From Phoronis australis (Eukaryota > Animalia > Phoronida), in assembly GCA_002633005.1 (NCBI GenBank), contig NMRA01000051.1, positions 363,968-420,480 of the forward strand: DNA of 56,513 bases, given 5' to 3'. A model generated the notes under the pieces. It was given only the letters and a program-made list of their open reading frames with translations. It made no database searches and was not told where the DNA came from. Below are positions 49,625 to 56,513 of this stretch, in pieces. The first letter of the stretch is position 1. Each line of letters opens with the position of its first letter. The translations under genes were made by a program, and so were the position numbers.

Positions 49625-50030
49625 GTTAGCAGCAGAGACGGTGGGGCTTCCATGGGACCTTCATACGCCAGAGGATTTTTGGTGAATTATTCTCACATTG
49701 ATTGAGTTACGTTACTACTATACATGTTGTAAGTACCTTTGGAGATAAGAGTGACACCTTAGGAGGCAGTCGATGTTTTAATTCCAACCTGAACTCGAAC
49801 AAATGCTCCCGCAATCACACTTTTTTCGAGCAGTCCTTTGATCAGTTGCCCCGGCATATCGGCATCTGGCCATTTTACACACGACAAGGAATTAAAGACA
49901 TCAATAGCCTCCTAAGGTTTCCATAGGCGCGAAAGATAAGGAAAACGTGCCTTCAGTGTCGGTGAGGCATATTCACCGAAGAGCTTCCGGCGTATGACGG
50001 CTCTATGAGAGCATCATCGTCTCTCCTTAA
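49625..50030. mobile_element. Old foldback/MITE element
   Basis: Nested inverted pairs: ~49657-49696 vs ~49962-50001, and CCTTAGGAGGC...TTAATTCC (49757-49785) vs GGAATTAAA...GCCTCCTAAGG (49888-49917). Confidence 0.6.
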
Positions 50031-51619
50031 CAGCAGGGACGGTGGTATTGTCTACATGAACGACTGCGTGAGTGAAAATTATGGAAGACATAGGAGCAAT
50101 CTTACGATCGACGGTTGATAATAACGAGCCATTGGCGTGTTAACGGATGGATAATTTATGACTTGGCAGTTGAAAATTGATCAGCTCAGTCTTATTGCTG
50201 TTTACATGTACATGTATGCAAAACATTACAATAGGACTTGACAATTGAACCCGTCTCCACCGACAGGAGCCCCTTTTCACAGTCTTCTCTACAACTACCA
50301 TGCAGTCTGTGTTTTTAGACTGTTCCGCAGGCAGTAGTCCTAGACAATGCAATAACTTCATAACCACTATGTTTTCTTCAAAAAGAAAAGCCTTAAGGAA
50401 CAAATGTCTGAATGCTATGTAGGATCTTACTGACAAGTCTGCATTTATAAGCTAAATATTTACAAAACGATACATTTGAACACTATAGGTTCTTGAAAGT
50501 GGAAATCCTGTAGAATTTTATTCTTGAATTTTTACCACCCTGTCATTAATTTTGTCATGTGACCATGTTTTGGAAAGAATTTAGCAACAGAGAAAAGTAA
50601 GTTGATAGCAACGAAAATAACTGTATAAATGAGCTTGAACTAAGTACACTTGAAAGAAATGTTCGAGATAAAATGTCAAAAAACACTGTAGTGAACACGC
50701 ATTTTTTCTGCATTATCATCTCGTTTCCATTTTATACATTACATTTTATCCATTTTATTATCCCTCTTTCAAAAGTGGAGCTCAGAAATTCGAGCCCCCC
50801 CCCCCCTTTTTAGACTGAGTGCGCTCATGGAAGCAACTTTTGGTTCAAACTTCTTAAGCCTAGCAGTTATAATACAAATATCATCACGTTCCTTACTCAC
50901 GTTGGCCTGGGATGAACTCCCAGGTCGTTATTACGATAGACAATGTCAATAAAATTACTTCAGGGTTAATCTCAGTGACCAAGTCGGTGTGGCCATCAGC
51001 AAAATTGCAGGTTATTTTCATAACCAAATAATCAACTTTTAATTCAAACAAATGTTTAAAACGATGTGACTTTGCTTTGGAAGACAAAAAAGCCTGTGGA
51101 GAAAGTTGATGGTTTAAAACCAAATGTTTCACATAGGCGCATGGGCCTAGGCGCACGGGATTACAAGCGATCACGGTACACAACAGCAGTTATTCATCAA
51201 AATATCCTTCACTACAATACAGATAAGCGATTATTTACCGTGCTATATGTATTTAGTAGCTAGAGAAAATAGGTAATGTTCCACTAAGTTATTATGGCTA
51301 CGTGGTGCTCTAGTGCTTAACTTTATAAATACAAGTTAAATAATTCTGAGTGTACGTAAGGTTATTACGGCGCAGACGCATGCCCACAACGAAAATGAGG
51401 AAGATTCAATCACAACAACAAGCCGATTTTCTTTTAAAATATGACCAAAGAGATAAAGGACCCCCTTAACATGTGCTATTACACATCAGGAAAGGGTAAT
51501 TGATGCCAACATCGGGACCTCCTCTGAGAGAATTATTAACAAGTGAGCCAAGTAATTGCCAAGAGTTCTGCCACCTAGTCACAAATATTGGCCACCTCAT
51601 GCGAGCATGAGAATGTGGA

Positions 51620-51820
51620 CAGTTTACTTAAAAAACGGATTTTGGTAGTTCCTGCCTTTTTTGTGGACTTTTGTATCGTTGTCTACTTTTTCGGAATTTT
51701 TGTTTCTCTGAGGCGGACCTTTTTGCCCAATTCGCCAAATGAGTGGGAGGGCTCGTTCGGCCCCCCGAGCGAACGAGCCCCCCGAGCCCTTCCCCCACCG
51801 TGGGTGTGCGCATGCACCTG
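51620..51820. repeat. GC-rich dispersed repeat (CATGCGCAC-type terminus), related pieces at ~40370-40580, ~50785-50830, ~53895-54072
   Basis: Shared blocks tttgcccaattcgccaaat / atttggcgaattgggcaaaa and aattcgagcccccc...gtgcgc(g/t)catg. Confidence 0.55.
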
Positions 51821-52289
51821 ACGGAATTCAGGTTCGTAAACTTTCACCAATTTCGACCAATAAAAACAAACAACGCTTTTTTCATTTTTCGAAGGGGTTT
51901 AGCATTGTTTTTGAATACCTAATATTCAGTTCATGACTGACTTCCTCGCTCGGTCAACGTGTTGATTTTCATATCACAAAACAGGATAATGACCGAGGTG
52001 GACGCCGGGCCAAGGACAGCCTCACACTTTTTGGGTACATGACCCATGTATGAATCAATATAAAATGTACAATTGACTTGTGTAGTGTGACAAAAACCCT
52101 GTCTGTATACTCCAACTTTTGCCCATCAGTGAAACTTGTGCGAATGTCTTACTAAAAGTGATTATTTCTAACAAGGCACCGATGGTCTACCCATAAATAA
52201 GAACATCTGTAGGCCTATAGGGCAAGCTAAATTTTAATATTGAAACAGTATTTTCGTCATTGCTAAACGCCTCTATCCGCGGCCGGTAA

Positions 52290-52435
52290 CAGGGACGGAT
52301 CCAGGATTTTGAGTTAAGGAGGGGCAGGGCAGAGTGTTAGCAAGGATTTTGTTAATCAGACAATCGCATCTCCGAACTGCTAAATGGAATCTGGGAAAAT
52401 TTTAGGGGCCATGCCCCCCCTTAAATCCGCCGCTG
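52290..52435. mobile_element. Second copy of the CAG-terminus, 5-bp-TSD MITE family
   Basis: GGTAA|CAGGGACGGATCCAG ... TAAATCCGCCGCTG|GGTAA. Confidence 0.75.
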
Positions 52436-52740
52436 GGTAAAGGCGGCTAAAGCCGACATATTACTTTTTAAATTTTATTTCATAAACATAAGAATATACA
52501 ATGTACAATTGATAACATCAAGGAATGATGGGAATCTGGGGTCTGTTGCCATCGTTACACGTACAGAAACGTCCTCTGTTTTAGGAATTGTGTCTTTATG
52601 TAAGTATAAGTCTTTGCGGCAACGACGCATTAGGCAAACAAAATATAGTTGATGAGCATGGATGAAGACTATCATTCTTCTTGGTAGGACAGAATCTCGA
52701 TATCTACAGTACAATTGCGAGCTCTGAACTGACGATATCT

Positions 52741-52806
52741 CTACGTCGATATTCTTGAAATCAACTCTTTAACGCTCTCGATATTCGTCCCTATAGCTTG
52801 CCCCAT
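52741..52806 (-). CDS. Thioredoxin-like gene, last coding exon
   Basis: Acceptor ttttgcattttgcag, then MGQAIGTNIESVKELISRIST*. Equivalent to the thioredoxin C-terminal 'G(A/T)N..L...I' exon, phase 0. Confidence 0.7.
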   Translation of the reverse strand: MGQAIGTNIESVKELISRIST

Positions 52807-53669
52807 CTGCAAAATGCAAAAATAACCATTTTCAAATAGTCATGTCAATGCCAAAACGTCGTCACTAACTTCGTGGGAAGATGTTATCAGTAGCACTGAA
52901 GGTAATTATTGACGGAGAGGCTGTCGTACCTACAAGCATATACATGTAGATGTACATGTACAGCGTATTCGTTATCACATTCCTACTTTAGGGCTATCGT
53001 ACGTGTGGCAAAAGACTTGGAAGGCCGTATACCCGCCTGCAGAATCGTACCGTTAACGTACAACAGTCGCATAATTTGCTCATGATACGATCACACTATA
53101 GTGTCATGTATAAAGCATAGTCCACATCAACTTTCAAGACTTTTTCAACACGCAGGTGCTAGGTTTTTTGAAAGTTGCCGCAGTCGTTGCATAATAAAAC
53201 GAGTCAGTTGTTGGTTGGTTGTGTGTATGTCGCAACACAATCTAAATACAGATAGGCCTACTGCGGTATATACAGTAGCAATTAAGCAACTACTGCAATT
53301 TGGTGACCCAAAAATTAACATCTGCACCAATGTGCAAAAAGGATGCACTTGCGCCTCTTAAGAACACTGTAGACGTTTAACGTTAAACTATCGTAAGACT
53401 TCCAGGTACCTTACTAATTCTATTCACCAGGAATCGCACGACGGTTCTGTGGTAAAATAATTGTAGTAGAATTGTAGTTACACTCTTATGTTCTACTTAG
53501 TCCCATCATTGTCACCGTCCGTAAACTTGTCGTTGCACCAACGACGTGCGTGACACCGTAGATACTCGTTAAAGTGTCTATAGTCTATGGTGACACGAAC
53601 TCAATGACGGCATATTCCCGTTCAGTGACTTTACCAGACGTAGAAGGCCGTGAGCTCGCGATTCATAAA

Positions 53670-53893
53670 TGCTATCGGTTGATGTTCAAGTACGTTATAA
53701 CTTAACTTTTATTTTGAACAGCACAACCCAGTCAGGATAGATACGATCTTATTGGAGATTAGAACAATTATCGAACAAAAGAGACCTAGCCCTCCATACA
53801 TCAATGCCAGAATGGACTTAATCAGTCGTGTAAGATATTGGCTACAGGGGTGTCAGTCTTCCCAACTTGTTGGAGTATAGAATCGAACAAGTC
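53670..53893. mobile_element. Partial copy of the 30098-30601 MITE
   Basis: ttataacttaacttt...atacgatct...gtcgtgtaagatattggctaca...atagaatcgaacaagt matches 30390-30580. Confidence 0.75.
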
Positions 53894-54204
53894 CGCCCCC
53901 GAGAGACAAAAAGTCCTATTAAACGGGACAAAAGTCCACTAAATAAGTGCAAATGCGCACTTCGCAGCAGGTGCTCCAATTTTTTTTTGTCCGCTCGCTG
54001 TTTTGTTAGCAAAAGGTCCAAGTCGTGTCAAGAATTCGAGCCCCCCATGTTGAAGGCTGGGTGCGCGCATGATCGGGTAGGCCTACCTATTCCACTCAGA
54101 CCATATGAATCACACTGGTCGGGTGGTAGATTCGTGCCAATGTTTGTGAGCCACAGGGTGTTTTGATTCAAGAGTACTAGATGATTCGGATTTAAATCTC
54201 AATG

Positions 54205-54287
54205 TGGAGGCCCGTGGAAGCCAGTGGAAGCCAGTGGAGGCCAGTGGAGGCAAGTGGAGGCCAGTGGAGGCCAGTAGAGGCCAGTGA
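54205..54287. repeat. 10-bp tandem repeat (CCAGTGGAGG)n, ~8 copies
   Basis: Directly visible. Confidence 0.85.
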
Positions 54288-55346
54288 GAACTGGCAAGTT
54301 GTAACCATTATTTTTGCAATAAAGATAGAAACACCCGAGGTTGTAAACGCAAAAACTCGGGTAAAAACTTTGCAATGTGTGCAACTGTCACTTTATTACA
54401 AAGATCCCGTAGTCTGAGAACCCCGATTTGATCAATGTCCGTTATTACAGTGAATAAAATCCGGGTTCTCAAAATGTTTCAGTGCAGAGTCAGCAAGACT
54501 AGTTTGTAAAACATGTGTCAACAAAACCACAACAGAATCGCGAAGGCTATGATTGCATCGGGTTGGCTTCCACCGACATTAGCCTTCTGTGCAAAAACGT
54601 CATCTCGCCAACGACCAGTTCAGGGTGTCAGTCAGTAGATTTTGGTGGTAATTGCCATGCACTTTTTGTGTTCGCTATAGCATGACTTATATATAAGTCA
54701 CACAAAGGATTGGCGATTGGTGAAGAACGATGCCGACGTCAACCTGCCATATTAGGCGACATTCGGGCGATTAGTGGAAGATTGTCGAGAGAGTCGACGT
54801 AAAAAATAGCAATTGTTGCAATATCCGTCATAGGTCAACTTCAATGGCCATGACGTCGGAAAAAATCACCGAGGCAAGTTGAAATCACTTGGCAATCACC
54901 CAGTAATATTCAGATTGCCGGCTTGATTTCAAACTAAAGGAGGGACTAGTCCTATAGCCAATGACCTTCACCTGTCTTCCACTGGCAGATGCTCGCGTAA
55001 TGATACCCGATTGGGCCAACATCAGTTTACATGTGTATATCCTTAAAACATAAGACCACTACTCCCGATGTCAAGAGATCATCCGATCCAACCGACCACG
55101 ATGCTTGTCCATTTAAAGAACATGATTCCCTGGGTCAACCGAGCATTATAAGTCCCGATGTTATATGACTTAGGAGTTCCAAGGAATGTGTTGCAAACTA
55201 AATTGGATCATAGATTATAGACAACACACATGAACTATAGTTTATGATTGGATTTACTTGCTGTTGTAATAATGAACTAGCACGTCAATTCCCTCAATAA
55301 TGCAGTATTCTATTACCATGGTAAATAAAATGCAAGTTATAGTTAC

Positions 55347-55415
55347 CACTTGTCCATTTAGAATAGCAATGCACGTGGGCATGACGCTTATTTCAAAGTC
55401 TGACGCAATATCCTC
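55347..55415 (-). CDS. Thioredoxin-like gene, penultimate exon; upstream exons apparently outside the window
   Basis: Acceptor tttgcttgcag, EDIASDFEISVMPTCIAILNGQV, donor GTAACT. It has the cis-Pro MPT motif and NG turn of the thioredoxin fold. Confidence 0.75.
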
Positions 55416-56513
55416 CTGCAAGCAAAAACAAATATATTTGTCTAAAATATACAACAATAAAAGCAGCAAAGAGGTATCAATGAATTTCCGAAAATGAAAC
55501 AAGTACACAAAGAATGCATGCCATGTGAACCGTTTTTTCTTTTTCTTTTTTTAAGATAACTCTTTTTAACTTTTTTCTTTTTTTTTCTAAGATAACTCTT
55601 TTTAATCTTCATTAGAAGTTCTCAGAAGGTTTCTAGTTTCCTTGGTTCAGGGCAAAAATTTTATACTCGTGTGTCTTGTCTCAACTGTCAAGTCAAGATC
55701 TGGAGCAAAATTTAATTTTGGGAAGTTTGGAGGTACTACAGAAGCTGCCTAAATTGTCGCCAGTAACGGCATCTTATGCAAGGTTTGTCAATTTCATGTT
55801 GAGACATCTAAGCAATTGGGGGTCTATGGACTTCAAAAGAATCAATGAAATTCCAGGATGATTGTGGTGATCAGAGGTGATCTGGTTGGAAGAAGCACGG
55901 ACCCCCTGAATGTCCGCCTTTGCTCTTGATACGCCAGTCATACGGTCCACTCAAACCATTTTGCTAGTTCTTCGAAAATTATAGCGAGTGATTGGCCGCA
56001 GAGCAATCTCCTGAATCGAACGAATATAGGGCTAAGTGTTCTGACACGAAATCGAAAGCGTAATGGTCTTAAATTAGCTATTTTTTGTAAGGTTCTACAT
56101 AACCTTTAGTGACAAACCGTATGCGACTTTTGAACTCAAAAATCGTGTGGGAGCAACTGTCTGCACTCTTAATCGTAGTCGACGCTGGTACCGTGTGCAA
56201 ACACCTTTATGCACTTGCTGTTGTGTCTCCCTTATACCTGTATGGTTTGTCTTGATTGCCACTGGCAGAGATTACAGTGTACATTTCCTTTGCTTTTGAT
56301 AAATAACGTAGAAAATATATCTGAAACTAAATAAGGCGATCCAGATCCTCCCAAGAATACTATTGTTTCATGAAATGAAGAATATAAATCGGTAAATAAA
56401 ACAACAAGAATGGATCAACTGAAATTTGAAATTTTCGGATGTAACAACTTCCTTTATCAACAAAAACAGAAATAAAGTAAAATCAAACACAAAATGACAA
56501 TTGACATATAAGA

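Noticed and set aside
49640-49680. GASMGPSYA as a second Penelope RT motif
   Set aside because: No YxDD follows, and the segment is one arm of a foldback element.
55955-56010. Minus-strand LCGQSLAIIFEELAK as the thioredoxin active-site exon
   Set aside because: No CxxC, wrong spacing, and splice phase does not join the next exon.

Overview
AT-rich, intron-containing animal genomic DNA, most likely a marine invertebrate; the species cannot be fixed from this window. Most ORF-track entries are noise, and the real genes appear only after splicing by hand. (1) + strand, 12173-20412: a 6-exon, 203-aa secreted prepropeptide with a signal peptide, a highly acidic propiece built from repeated mini-exons, a GKR processing site, and a 95-aa, 18-Cys, very cationic mature region of three back-to-back inhibitor-cystine-knot (ICK)-type modules. 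This candidate 'triple-knot' toxin or antimicrobial peptide is the highlight of the window. (2) + strand: two tandem 2-exon genes for ~130-aa membrane proteins resembling the mainly bacterial/fungal DUF1761 family, a candidate horizontal acquisition. (3) - strand: a complete 8-coding-exon RNF144-type RBR E3 ligase. (4) - strand: the last two exons of a thioredoxin-like gene that runs off the window end. The rest is transposon debris: a Kolobok-like element with a KolX remnant and a nested MITE, several MITE families, a tRNA-derived SINE, Penelope-like elements (one with a degenerate hammerhead ribozyme and a foreign LINE RT fragment), and short tandem repeats. All family assignments are by-eye motif recognition, not database searches.
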